Assembly (NCBI GenBank): GCA_037134895.1
Contig: JBAXLI010000013.1
Span: forward strand, 8,668-72,667
Source: Bacteroidota bacterium
GTDB lineage: Bacteria; Bacteroidota; Bacteroidia; Bacteroidales; FEN-979
Reading direction: 5' to 3'
DNA length: 64,000 nucleotides
Program-made: the position numbers and the translations under genes
The notes under the pieces: model-generated
Seen by the model: the letters and a program-made list of their open reading frames with translations, nothing else
The model's database searches: none
Told to the model about the DNA's origin: nothing
In this document: piece by piece, positions 1 through 9,556 of the stretch
Numbering within the stretch: position 1 is the stretch's first letter
How the letters are laid out: each line of letters begins with the position of its first letter

Positions 1-258
1 CTGTATGAGACCTGCCCGTTTAAGCTCATTCAGGTGTTCCGACAAGGTTGACCTGGCTATAGGGAGTTCTTCGGCCATATCGCCGCTGTAACAGCATTTA
101 TCAATATTACCGGCCAGGAAATCCAGGATAAAAACCCTTGCCGGGTGAGATAATGCTTTTGCGTACCTTGCTGTTTTCTCCTGGATCTCAGTATATGATT
201 TCTTAAGCTGGGTCACTTCATTTAGTATTTCGTAAAACAACGAAACGAAATTACACAA
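1..258 (-). CDS. ArsR/SmtB-family HTH transcriptional regulator, partial (3' end runs off the left edge)
   Basis: Not in the ORF track (no ATG, edge-truncated). My minus-strand translation reads NEVTQLKKSYTEIQEKTARYAKALSHPARVFILDFLAGNIDKCCYSGDMAEELPIARSTLSEHLNELKRAGLIQ. This shows the ALSHPxR helix, a CC pair at the alpha3 sensing-site position and the STLSxHLxxLxxAGL recognition helix. There is an in-frame stop at 262-264. The start is probably TTG at 258 or 240. Confidence 0.7.
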   Translation of the reverse strand, partial: MCNFVSLFYEILNEVTQLKKSYTEIQEKTARYAKALSHPARVFILDFLAGNIDKCCYSGDMAEELPIARSTLSEHLNELKRAGLIQ

Positions 259-299
259 TTTTTAATCACAGTAATATTTTTTTACAGAATTTTGTGCGG

Positions 300-1655
300 A
301 TGAGTAAACTTCGGGTGGCAGTAACTTGGCAGGTTATCTTTTTACAATTGGTTATTTATACAGCCGGGGTCAACATTTACGCCAGCCCTCGTGATTTCCC
401 GGATTATAGCATTGCAAGATGGCGGGGATTTAAAAAGGCTGCCTATTCCATAACTTTTGATGACAATTACCGCTTCCAGGTTCTTTATGCCGCCCCGGTT
501 CTCAACCAGCATAATTACAAAGCCACATTTTTTCTTGTGACCAATCGGGTGGGCCAGGGATGGGCGCCTGGATGGGATACAGTGAACATGCTTGCCTCCC
601 AGGGCCACGAAATTGCCAGTCATTCAAAAAACCATCCCAATTTTATCACCTTGTCTCAGCATCCTGAATGGACCGACAGCATGGTTCATGAGTTCAGGGA
701 CTCGCGTGACACGATTAATTCCAGGGTCCCTTCACAGTCCTGCGAGACTTTTGCATGGCCCGGAGGGTATGTGAACCAGGTGGCCGGTAATGCAAGCAAG
801 GATTATTATATGGCATGCAGGGGTTCAGTCAATGGATTTGAAGGCCCTTTGCCGTTTGATTTTTATGACATTAACAGCCAGTTCATATATCACGACACCC
901 AACTCCAGGTGGTCGACGGCTACATCGACACGATTCTCTCAAGAAAAGGCTGGCTTGTCGAGCGCTGGCACGGATTTCAGTACGGCAATGATACCAATGG
1001 GTACGAGCCTGTACCAATAACCATTTTCATCAATCATATAAACCATGTCGCCCTGTTTGAAGACAGCCTCTGGATCACTACCCTCGACAGTGTGGTTAAG
1101 TATATCAGGGAACGTCAATCCTCTGTTGTATCATTGGTTGATTCAAGCGGAAGTACTATACTTTTAAGCCTGTCCAATGATCTGCAGAATATTCCTTACA
1201 ATTATAATGTTCCTCTTTCGCTGAAACTCAGAATGTACGGTAAAATGCAGGGAGTGACCCAGGTAATCCAGGCAGGCAATGTTATTCCTTTTATTGTTAC
1301 ACATGAAAACGGATGTAACTATATGAATTTTGATGCCATACCAAACATAGGGCTCATAGAATTACACCTTTTTCCGGTCGGTCTCCCCAAAGGAGTGGAT
1401 CTGCAGGATCACGCCATCTGCTATCCCAACCCATTTCAGCTTTCCTCTGACTTGCTTTTTGATATCACTGAGCCTCAGAATGTCGAAATACTGCTATTTA
1501 GCCCGGCAGGACTGAAAGTACAGACTTATAAAAGATATTGTCTGAAAGGCCTGAACAGCCTGCGTATCGATGGGAACCTGCTATTTTCCGGAACATATAC
1601 CTGCCTGATCAGAACTTCCCGCCGGACAATGACTTTAAAAATGATCAGGAAGTAA
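300..1655 (+). CDS. Secreted polysaccharide deacetylase (NodB/CE4-like) with T9SS C-terminal sorting domain
   Basis: Signal peptide. NodB motifs are present: YSITFDDNY and HEIASHSKNH. The C-terminal ~80 aa (ICYPNPF...GTYTCLIRT...LKMIRK) look like a Por/T9SS type A sorting domain. The track starts at GTG 294; ATG 300 is preferred. Confidence 0.75.
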   Translation: MSKLRVAVTWQVIFLQLVIYTAGVNIYASPRDFPDYSIARWRGFKKAAYSITFDDNYRFQVLYAAPVLNQHNYKATFFLVTNRVGQGWAPGWDTVNMLASQGHEIASHSKNHPNFITLSQHPEWTDSMVHEFRDSRDTINSRVPSQSCETFAWPGGYVNQVAGNASKDYYMACRGSVNGFEGPLPFDFYDINSQFIYHDTQLQVVDGYIDTILSRKGWLVERWHGFQYGNDTNGYEPVPITIFINHINHVALFEDSLWITTLDSVVKYIRERQSSVVSLVDSSGSTILLSLSNDLQNIPYNYNVPLSLKLRMYGKMQGVTQVIQAGNVIPFIVTHENGCNYMNFDAIPNIGLIELHLFPVGLPKGVDLQDHAICYPNPFQLSSDLLFDITEPQNVEILLFSPAGLKVQTYKRYCLKGLNSLRIDGNLLFSGTYTCLIRTSRRTMTLKMIRK

Positions 1656-1789
1656 GAATCATTTGCACAAGCCCTTACCGCTGCCATACTATTACAGTCT
1701 CCCCGATATAAATAAAAGTACTATTTTCGCGCTTCAGAAAAAGAAAAACAAGGATAAATTTAATTCAGAACTATCACCAAATCCGAAAC

Positions 1790-2731
1790 ATGAAAATCAT
1801 TACCACCGCTGTTTTATTGGTTGTCACGCTTCTCGCCCTGCCTTTGTTCTCTTACTTTTTCGGAACTTCGCCCGGTCCATCTGAATGGCAGGCCATGCAT
1901 ACGCTCATGATTATTGTAGCAGCAGTCATAGCCTTTTCATTCATCACGGGTGAACTTACAGGCAACAACAGCCAGGTTGATAAACTCTGGAGCATTCTTC
2001 CCATAGTGTATACCTGGATGGTAACAGTTTATGGCGGGTATTCTCCAAGGCTTTTACTGATGAGTGTTTTGGTTACGCTTTGGGGAGTCAGGCTGACTAT
2101 TAACTTTGGAATGAAAGGCGCTTATCAGTGGCGTTTCTGGACCGGTGAAGAAGATTACCGCTGGCAGGTACTCCGTCAGAAGCCCGAGTTCAATCCAAGC
2201 TGGAAATGGACCCTGTTTAATCTCTTCTTTATTTCAGGATACCAGAATATGCTTATCCTGTTGTTCACATTGCCTGTCATTATTGCAATGCAGTTCAATT
2301 CCCAACCCCTTGGAATTATAGATTATATCGCAGCCGGACTTATGATCTTCTTTATACTCCTCGAAACCCTGGCCGACATCCAGCAGTGGAACTTTCAGAG
2401 TAAAAAGTGGGCTATGATAAAAGCCGGGAAGGAATTATCAGGAGATTACAAAAAAGGCTTCCTTGACAAAGGATTATGGGCACTCAGCCGGCATCCGAAC
2501 TACTTCGCAGAACAGGCAATATGGATAAGCTTCTACCTGTTCAGTATAGCTGCCAGCGGTGAATGGTTTAACTGGAGTATTGCAGGCTGCCTTCTGCTGG
2601 TTGTACTTTTCCAGGGCAGTTCAAACTTCAGTGAAGAAATAAGTGCAGATAAATACCCTGAATATGAGACTTACCAGAAAAATGTACCGAGATTTTTACC
2701 TGTTGGAGCTAAAAAGAAAAATAACACTTAA
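1790..2731 (+). CDS. DUF1295 / steroid 5-alpha-reductase-like membrane protein
   Basis: Multi-TM protein with the SRHPNYFAEQAIW motif characteristic of DUF1295/ICMT-like enzymes. Confidence 0.65.
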   Translation: MKIITTAVLLVVTLLALPLFSYFFGTSPGPSEWQAMHTLMIIVAAVIAFSFITGELTGNNSQVDKLWSILPIVYTWMVTVYGGYSPRLLLMSVLVTLWGVRLTINFGMKGAYQWRFWTGEEDYRWQVLRQKPEFNPSWKWTLFNLFFISGYQNMLILLFTLPVIIAMQFNSQPLGIIDYIAAGLMIFFILLETLADIQQWNFQSKKWAMIKAGKELSGDYKKGFLDKGLWALSRHPNYFAEQAIWISFYLFSIAASGEWFNWSIAGCLLLVVLFQGSSNFSEEISADKYPEYETYQKNVPRFLPVGAKKKNNT

Positions 2732-2732
2732 A

Positions 2733-2782
2733 AATACCGAGTAATGAGTATAATTATTCCATTTTCTTTTTTGTTACATTTG
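2733..2782 (+). promoter_or_regulatory. Candidate operator plus -7 box (site S6): AATACCGA-GTAA-TGAGTATA, then 22 nt, then TACATTTG
   Basis: The palindrome is at 2733-2752 and a TAnnTTTG-type box at 2775-2782, upstream of the OMP/DUF4136 gene cluster. It shares its architecture with six other sites in this window. Confidence 0.4.
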
Positions 2783-2951
2783 CACTACAATCAAAGTATT
2801 AAAATTGTCCAGAAAGCGTTTATTCATAAACAACATCAACACTCTATCAATAAATTTAACTGATACATGTTTTGCCCATTGAATTAATTACATTTGGTCC
2901 ATTCAATCCAGACAACATATTAAACCATGTCTCATAACTAAAATCGATACT

Positions 2952-3608
2952 ATGAAACAACGATTACTTTTATTAATAACTGCGGTGTGCACCACACTGA
3001 TTGTTGGGGCTCAAACAGTTGAAATTACTCCCATGGGCGGATATGTATTTGCATCGAAAATGAGCGGTGCCGATGGTTATATCCGGTTCAAAGACAATGC
3101 TATTTATGGGGGAATGGTCTCTATCGGGGTAAGCCGGGCTTTTGATGTTGACCTTATTTACAACCGTATCGACACCAAAGCCGAGGTGAACCTTTATAAT
3201 GCCATTGCCGGTAGCACATACAAGGAATCTCCACTCAGCATAAATTACATGAACGTTGGTTTTACTAAGAATTTCAGGATTAACAATACAATCGCACCTT
3301 TTATTGGCTTCAGTCTGGGCGCCTGCCTGATGGCTCCGAAAACAGATAACAGTTATGATTATTGGTTCTTTGATTTCGGTATCAGCGGTGGTGCCAAAGT
3401 TTATTTCGGTAAACGTATTGGTTTACGACTACAGGCGCAGATGTTTGTTCCTATGCAGGCCGCTGGTTATACTTTCTATTTCGGAACCAATGGTTACAAT
3501 AATGGTGTTTCGGTTTATTCAACCATGGTTCAGTTCGGTTTTACAGGCGGCCTCATTTTCAGACTGGGCCATGTTCCCGACATGAACAGTCCAAGGGTAA
3601 ATTATTAA
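2952..3608 (+). CDS. Outer-membrane beta-barrel protein (OmpW/porin-like small barrel)
   Basis: Signal peptide, alternating Gly/aromatic beta-strand pattern, and a C-terminal aromatic-rich strand. Confidence 0.55.
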   Translation: MKQRLLLLITAVCTTLIVGAQTVEITPMGGYVFASKMSGADGYIRFKDNAIYGGMVSIGVSRAFDVDLIYNRIDTKAEVNLYNAIAGSTYKESPLSINYMNVGFTKNFRINNTIAPFIGFSLGACLMAPKTDNSYDYWFFDFGISGGAKVYFGKRIGLRLQAQMFVPMQAAGYTFYFGTNGYNNGVSVYSTMVQFGFTGGLIFRLGHVPDMNSPRVNY

Positions 3609-3645
3609 ATTAATCACAATTAATTATAATCTAAACTCACAAATT

Positions 3646-4254
3646 ATGAAAGTTTTAAAACTATCATTTATCGCTTTGGGGATCTTTGCCATGGTTTCAT
3701 GTTCAAAGTATCCCGATGCTTCCAGCCGTCTGCTTGAGGACCTGACCGTTGTCACTCAGTATGATACGAAAGCTGATTTCGGGACCTACAAAACCTACAG
3801 TATTGCCCCCACTATCAAAAAAGTAACTGACAAAGACACCACCAACATCACGGGTTCCACAGCTACCGCAATCCTGCAACAAATCGAAGGGAATATGAAT
3901 GCAAGGGGGTATGTCAAGGCCGCTTCAGGTGACACAGCCGACCTGGGAATCACAGTAACCTACTACGAGAATACCTATGTATACACGTATTATTACAATT
4001 ATTGGGGGTATTATTATCCTTATTATCCTTACTACCCTTATTATCCAACAACCTATTATGCATCCTATACAGCAGGCCTGGCCATGATCGAGATGCAGGA
4101 CCTGAAGAATTACAATCCTACTACTCAGAAACTATATATCAGGTGGACGGCATTTATCAGGGGACTTCTCACCGGGACTCATTCAACAGGGGATATCACG
4201 AATGCAATTAACCAGGCATTTACTCAGACACCCGCTATAAAGACAAGCTTATAA
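3646..4254 (+). CDS. Lipoprotein, DUF4136-like, with an extreme Tyr-rich tract
   Basis: Lipobox (AMVSC). The overall layout resembles DUF4136 lipoproteins. Contains the tract YYENTYVYTYYYNYWGYYYPYYPYYPYYPTTYYASY. Confidence 0.5.
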   Translation: MKVLKLSFIALGIFAMVSCSKYPDASSRLLEDLTVVTQYDTKADFGTYKTYSIAPTIKKVTDKDTTNITGSTATAILQQIEGNMNARGYVKAASGDTADLGITVTYYENTYVYTYYYNYWGYYYPYYPYYPYYPTTYYASYTAGLAMIEMQDLKNYNPTTQKLYIRWTAFIRGLLTGTHSTGDITNAINQAFTQTPAIKTSL

Positions 4255-4276
4255 TTAATATTAAACTGTACAAGCT

Positions 4277-4936
4277 ATGAAGAAAATATTTATAATGCTT
4301 ATGATAGGCTTGCTTTTTGCAGCGGCTGTCAATGCACAGGAAGAAACCCAAAAATCATCTTTCGGATATAAACCATCATCATATTATTCCTTTGGCTGGA
4401 ACACTCTCTGGAGTGTAGGTAATTTCAATAAATGGGTTGCCAACGGCAGTCCTGCCGGTTTTAACCTCGGCGGACGTTATTTCATTCCCGGCACTAACCT
4501 GGCAGCCGGTTTCAACATTCAGTGGCAAAACGTATGGCAGGAATATCCTGCCCAGACATATTATGGAAGTAATGGCCTTGCCATTACGGCGATGAACTAC
4601 CGTTCAACCTGGATGGTACCCTTCCAGGCTGCTATCGATTATTATTTTATACCGTCCAAAATGATTTCCCCTTATATCAGTCTTGGTATAGGTGGAGATT
4701 ACATGGAACATCACCTGCTTATCCAGGAATTTGACATTTATAAAAGCACCTGGGATTTCTCACTTACGCCTGAGATCGGAGCCCTCATTAAGTTCGGGGC
4801 TTTCAGCAACTGGGGTGCAAATGTCGCATTCAACTATAAATGGACAACCAACAAAATCGAGTTTTATAATGGTAACTCATTAAAAAACCTGTCTATGATA
4901 CAGCTCAGGGTTGGGCTGTGCTACATCCTCAGGTAA
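4277..4936 (+). CDS. Outer-membrane beta-barrel protein
   Basis: Signal peptide (AAAVNAQ), beta-strand periodicity, aromatic-rich C-terminal strands. Confidence 0.5.
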   Translation: MKKIFIMLMIGLLFAAAVNAQEETQKSSFGYKPSSYYSFGWNTLWSVGNFNKWVANGSPAGFNLGGRYFIPGTNLAAGFNIQWQNVWQEYPAQTYYGSNGLAITAMNYRSTWMVPFQAAIDYYFIPSKMISPYISLGIGGDYMEHHLLIQEFDIYKSTWDFSLTPEIGALIKFGAFSNWGANVAFNYKWTTNKIEFYNGNSLKNLSMIQLRVGLCYILR

Positions 4937-4954
4937 GCTTTTTTTCCTGTTTAA

Positions 4955-4995
4955 AAAGCGCCTTCAGATTTTGCTTTTGAAGGCGCTTTTATTTT
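4955..4995 (+). terminator. Rho-independent terminator
   Basis: Stem AAAGCGCCTTCA (4955-4966) pairs with TGAAGGCGCTTT (4978-4989) and is followed by TTTTATTTT. Confidence 0.75.
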
Positions 4996-5038
4996 AATTT
5001 CGTTCCCTGCTACAAAGAACTTGTTTACAAAAAACCTC

Positions 5039-6967
5039 ATGAAGATCTTGCTGATCAGCCCCGGCACCTCTGAAGATATAGATGGAAAGATAACCCGGGA
5101 GATTCCCTACCTTTTCGCCAAAACCCTCTTTGCTCCGCATGCGGTTGCTGCCGTGGCAGCCCTCACACCCGATGGTTATGAAGTGGATATCCATGATGAA
5201 TATGCCAGGGGGCCTGCCGATCCTGTGCTTCAAAAGAACGGGCATGACATTATCGGGATTTCCATTACATCCAACCAGTTAAAAAGATCCCTTCACCTCG
5301 CAAGTGTCGCTAAAAAAAGTAATCCTAAGGCCCTGGTTGTCGTTGGTGGTATTGGTGTTGAACACCTGGTCACCAAAAATCCTGAAGATATAGATGTTGT
5401 CTTTCACGGTGAAGCAGAAGATACCTGGCCGGTATTTCTGGAGGACCTTAAAACAGGAAAATGGCTGCCTGTTTACAAGCATCATTCGAAACCGGATATG
5501 ACTAAGACGCCTGCACCGCGATGGGACCTGATGAAAGAAGACCTTGCATCCTATACTGCAGCCCTGGTTCAGACAACCCGGGGATGCCCGTTTGATTGCA
5601 GCTTTTGCGATGTTATTTATACTTATGGGCGGAAACCAAGGAGTAAAACCATCCCCCAGGTGCTCGAAGAGGTCAGGAAATTGAATGATCTTGACACCCG
5701 TTTGATTTTTATTGCTGACGACAATTTTGCCGGTGATAAAAAATACACAAAAGCACTTCTGAAGGAACTCATTGTGCTTAATAATTCCTTTGCCATTCCT
5801 ATAGGTTATCTTACCCAGATCGATATTACCATTGCCACGGATGAAGAACTCCTTAAGATGCTGGCTGACTGCAACTTTCAGGCCGTGATGATAGGTATAG
5901 AATCTGTGAGTGAAGCCTCGCTTAAGGATCTTAACAAACAACAGAACCTTCGTATTTCGATATGCGAGGCAGTTCGCAAGATCCAGTCATACGGCATAGT
6001 CGTTCTGGCACATATGATCATCGGCGCTGATTCCGATGATAAAAATGTGTTTAAACTGACTGCGGATTTCATTGCCGAGGCCAACATCGTACACCATCTT
6101 TGCCATCCGCTTGCTGCGCCTTACGGCACAAAAATGTGGTACGACCTTAAGCGTAAAGGCAGAATCATCTCCACTGAAAACGAGGAGATTAAGGACAAAC
6201 TCGATATTGTCACCAACATTATCCCGAAACAATTAAGCCGTGTAGAGCTTTTTGAAGGGCTGGCTGATTATTGGGAAGGGATATATGACCTGGAAAAGTT
6301 CAGGCAAAGGGCTTTATCTTTCATAAAGGATATAAAGTATAAGCCGAAGATCAAAACAGGAGGAATAGCAGCGCTCAGGGCACAATATAAAATGTTGTGG
6401 AGGGTTTTCACCTTCTTTATGTTTGATGCCGGGAAAGCACACCGAAAGACCTTTTTCTCAGTACTATTCGCTGCCGGACGAAAAGGAATGTACCTCCTGC
6501 CAAAGATCATATATATTTACAGCTGTTACCTTGTAGATTCAAAACGCTCTCTTCATGATGCTGGAGTGGCCCGCCAACATGCAAAATGGGAACGCGAAAA
6601 TTCAGAAAAGATCCTTATCGATACGGCAGAAATTCCTGTTTCGGAAACGATTAGGGAAGAAGCTTCTCCCCTGTTTACTTTTGCCTACAATCATATCCGC
6701 AAACAGTTCTCAAAAAAAGAAGATGTGTATGCGGCTGTAATATCTGCCATGGTCGATTTTAATGACAGGTTTGGAAAAACCTTTATGCAATTCAACAAGG
6801 CAGAGGAAGACCATCTTTTGAATAGCTGCGACAGGGTTATGTCATCAATGGGGGTGACTGTTACCGACACTTCCGCAGACCTTCCTCAAACCCCTCCTCC
6901 GGGATTCGTGCGTGAGATCCTCGATGCACTTGACAATGCGGTGCGATACAGGAATATGAACAATTAA
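5039..6967 (+). CDS. B12-binding-domain radical SAM protein (C-terminal DUF4070-like region)
   Basis: N-terminal Rossmann-like B12-binding region (KILLISPG...VVVGG). Radical SAM motif TTRGCPFDCSFCDV (CxxxCxxC). Long helical C-terminal domain. The track starts at TTG 5021; ATG 5039 is preferred. Confidence 0.75.
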   Translation: MKILLISPGTSEDIDGKITREIPYLFAKTLFAPHAVAAVAALTPDGYEVDIHDEYARGPADPVLQKNGHDIIGISITSNQLKRSLHLASVAKKSNPKALVVVGGIGVEHLVTKNPEDIDVVFHGEAEDTWPVFLEDLKTGKWLPVYKHHSKPDMTKTPAPRWDLMKEDLASYTAALVQTTRGCPFDCSFCDVIYTYGRKPRSKTIPQVLEEVRKLNDLDTRLIFIADDNFAGDKKYTKALLKELIVLNNSFAIPIGYLTQIDITIATDEELLKMLADCNFQAVMIGIESVSEASLKDLNKQQNLRISICEAVRKIQSYGIVVLAHMIIGADSDDKNVFKLTADFIAEANIVHHLCHPLAAPYGTKMWYDLKRKGRIISTENEEIKDKLDIVTNIIPKQLSRVELFEGLADYWEGIYDLEKFRQRALSFIKDIKYKPKIKTGGIAALRAQYKMLWRVFTFFMFDAGKAHRKTFFSVLFAAGRKGMYLLPKIIYIYSCYLVDSKRSLHDAGVARQHAKWERENSEKILIDTAEIPVSETIREEASPLFTFAYNHIRKQFSKKEDVYAAVISAMVDFNDRFGKTFMQFNKAEEDHLLNSCDRVMSSMGVTVTDTSADLPQTPPPGFVREILDALDNAVRYRNMNN

Positions 6968-7028
6968 CGTCCTCTTACCCGTGCCCGTCAAAGTTTAAAA
7001 ATTAAAGCTGATTATAAGCAGTCAGGAT

Positions 7029-8510
7029 TTAAATTGGCATACCGAATCCGAAAAAGAAACCATTGGTCCCAATGGAGGTGAAGGCATATTCGAAACGGAT
7101 AACCATGTCATAATAGGTGACAAAGTCAATGCCCAGCCCCCAACTCAACAGGAATCTATTGTTATAAGGGTTATCGGTGGTGAATTTGTTTACAACATAT
7201 CCGGCATCCGCAAATGCGTTAAGATAAAAGGCGTACTGAAGAGCCTTGAATTTGTTCTTTTCCTGCCCTTCCTTCACTTTTTTTACATTTGGCTTAACAA
7301 GTTCATATTTGATGTTGTTCCTTGTGTAGTACATCTGGTCTCCCTTGAGAGTGTAAAGGTCATAACCACGTATGAAATTCTTTCCCTGGGTCATGTTCAG
7401 CTGATAATAGTACGGGGCGTCTTCTCCTGCAGAGTTTTCAGCCTTGAACATTTCGGCCACATACCATTTTCGCCCTATGGTTTGGTAAAAATGAAAATCT
7501 ACACCATAATAAAACAGGTTCACGTCTTTGGAAAAGATGCCAAGACCAAGCTTATTCACGAAAACCTTAAGCATATTTCCTTTAAGCGGATAACTTTTCG
7601 AGTTTCTTGAATCATAATAGTAATCAGCATAAAGACTTACTGAAGTATTGGTATGCTGCTTTCCTGCCAGATAGTTCGAATCCAGTTTATACATAGTATC
7701 GGATAAGGCAATATATTCACCTGTCAGCTGAACAGTTCCATAATGATATAGTCCGGGCCTGAGTGTGAGCTTTGCGGTAAGTTTTACTGTTTGCTGACTG
7801 TTCGGATAATAAAGCATCTGGCGCTTATTCTCAACCGAGGCATATTCGACCGTGTACATATTTGCATAGCCTGCCCCTAAGAGTAAGCCCATTTTCTTGC
7901 CATGGCCGATCCAGGGGATCTTGTACCCGGCCGTAATAGCCCAGGATTTACCTAACAGCACGATGATGGATGTCTGATGATTAAGCCCGAAAAGATTATT
8001 ATGGCTGAAGAAAAGACCCATGCTCAGGTCCGACCACTGTATGTCGCGCAGCCATTCGTTAAAATTTGGGGCATTCAGTTTCGCAATGGGGAACAGCCAC
8101 CAGTAATGCCTCTCAGTCACATCGATGAGCAGGATGTATTCTTTATCGGTCACCTTTTTAAGGGACAGGTTCACAGTAAGAAAAAGCTTTGTATTTATCA
8201 GGTTTTCACGGCTGTAATTCATCCGCAGCCTTAATTCACTCGAATCTCCCGGGTAAAAATTCCTGTCGTTGAAGTTGCCGCCTTTACCCTGTTTAAAAGT
8301 AGCCAGTGAATCGTTCACCTTGAAATCAAGTTCCCTGATCAGGATCGGGGCCTTGGTGAGCTTGTTTCCTGTTATCTCAACTCCTGAGATTTTAATATAC
8401 GGAGCGTTGAGTGTATCAGGGACATGGATGGCACCGTCCTTGTTCTGAGCCCGGATTTGCATGGTAATTCCAAGCAAACAAACAGTTAGTAAAGCAAAAA
8501 TAAATTTCAT
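7029..8510 (-). CDS. Omp85/BamA-family outer-membrane protein with N-terminal POTRA domain
   Basis: Signal peptide, POTRA-like segment (IKISGVEITGNKLTKAPILIRELDFKVNDSL), a large C-terminal barrel, and a terminal ...FFFGFGMPI. Confidence 0.65.
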   Translation of the reverse strand: MKFIFALLTVCLLGITMQIRAQNKDGAIHVPDTLNAPYIKISGVEITGNKLTKAPILIRELDFKVNDSLATFKQGKGGNFNDRNFYPGDSSELRLRMNYSRENLINTKLFLTVNLSLKKVTDKEYILLIDVTERHYWWLFPIAKLNAPNFNEWLRDIQWSDLSMGLFFSHNNLFGLNHQTSIIVLLGKSWAITAGYKIPWIGHGKKMGLLLGAGYANMYTVEYASVENKRQMLYYPNSQQTVKLTAKLTLRPGLYHYGTVQLTGEYIALSDTMYKLDSNYLAGKQHTNTSVSLYADYYYDSRNSKSYPLKGNMLKVFVNKLGLGIFSKDVNLFYYGVDFHFYQTIGRKWYVAEMFKAENSAGEDAPYYYQLNMTQGKNFIRGYDLYTLKGDQMYYTRNNIKYELVKPNVKKVKEGQEKNKFKALQYAFYLNAFADAGYVVNKFTTDNPYNNRFLLSWGLGIDFVTYYDMVIRFEYAFTSIGTNGFFFGFGMPI

Positions 8511-8652
8511 TTTTCCCTTTCAAATAAATCAGCCGGATCCGGCTTGACAAAAATAAATTCCCAACCTGGCATTATGCCTTTTCCTTAAATCAGCGGGTCC
8601 TGAATTCACTCAACAAATATATTTCATTAATCCTGCCAAATACAAATTATAG

Positions 8653-8702
8653 TATACCTACCAATGAGTATTTTTAAACGAAATTATCATACAGATGATT
8701 TG
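8653..8702. promoter_or_regulatory. Candidate operator (site S5): TATACCTA-CCAA-TGAGTATT, with a weak box ATGATTTG 22 nt downstream
   Basis: The palindrome is at 8653-8672 in the divergent region between the Omp85 gene and the paralog-pair/sulfatase genes. The -7 box is imperfect and the orientation is ambiguous. This is the weakest of the seven sites. Confidence 0.3.
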
Positions 8703-8862
8703 ATTCATGCTTTTATACGCTAACTTTAAACTTTTAATCAACAACTTCATTATAAACAATAATCAAATAATTCCTGTCCTGCTAATTCTTGCAGGCCATT
8801 TATGACTTTATAAGTATTCCGGATGACCGATTTGATAAAATAATAACCATAACTGATGAAGC

Positions 8863-9528
8863 ATGAAAACTCTGATCAATTTAATCTTAATCATGGTATG
8901 CCTGGTCCCGGAATCTTTCAGCCAGGTTGATAAAACACAGATGAGCCTGGACGTATCAAAAAAGTACGCTCAAAACATCGGACTGCTGTCACAACTTACA
9001 TGGAAAAGAAAGACCGAAGGGTATGTTGGTGGGAATCTTGCGACAATGTCAGTAAGCTCGGTTACTTTGGGCCCTGATGGCAAAATGCAGGCCATTGTGA
9101 TCAGTCAGCAATCTTACACTGAAAAGAAACGCGGCATAAGGGGAGCTATACAGGCTGGTGTTGTTTCTGACATCAATGCGTATGTAAAGTCTGCCGTTGA
9201 ACTGGTAGGGAAATACATTTTCCTCAGCCAGGGCCAAATGGTTGACCTTTTTAATAAAGGTACTCTTTCAATCCTGGGTAGCTCGCTTCAGGCCGAAGGG
9301 TTCAACCTCCTGGTCCAGGGCGACCATCTCAATTATAAGTTTGACCAGTCAACTCTCCTTTACCAATCTCAGGATATATCGACCGTGCTTGGAGGTGAAG
9401 CGGTGACCGCCAAGGTCCAGTATGAAACGTCGAACGGGGTGAACCGTGTGACTTCAGTGACGATAAACATGGCAGGACCAAAAGTGACAATTAAATTAGT
9501 GAACTTTGAATGGGCCAAAAAAATATAA
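8863..9528 (+). CDS. Secreted hypothetical protein, tandem paralog 1
   Basis: Signal peptide. It is colinear with the next gene and shares blocks such as GQMVDLFNKGTLS and GDHL.Y.FD. Confidence 0.6.
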   Translation: MKTLINLILIMVCLVPESFSQVDKTQMSLDVSKKYAQNIGLLSQLTWKRKTEGYVGGNLATMSVSSVTLGPDGKMQAIVISQQSYTEKKRGIRGAIQAGVVSDINAYVKSAVELVGKYIFLSQGQMVDLFNKGTLSILGSSLQAEGFNLLVQGDHLNYKFDQSTLLYQSQDISTVLGGEAVTAKVQYETSNGVNRVTSVTINMAGPKVTIKLVNFEWAKKI

Positions 9529-9556
9529 TCTGTAACCTAAATTAAATGATATACTT

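Noticed and set aside
5279-5941. Long antisense or alternative-frame ORFs from the track. Examples are 5279-5941, 9685-10236, 13859-14245, 15882-16438, 17232-17732, 19270-19968, 33186-33713, 34310-34846, 59099-59518 and 62066-62601.
   Set aside because: Each lies entirely inside a well-supported gene on the opposite strand or in another frame. Their composition is low-complexity or Arg/Ser/Pro-biased, with no recognisable motifs. I treat them as shadow ORFs.
5039-6967. The B12-radical SAM enzyme as the anaerobic sulfatase-maturating enzyme for the 10242-12605 sulfatase.
   Set aside because: anSMEs are ~400-aa SPASM-domain radical SAM enzymes without a cobalamin-binding domain. This protein has the B12-domain architecture and no C-terminal CxxCxxxxxC SPASM clusters that I can see.
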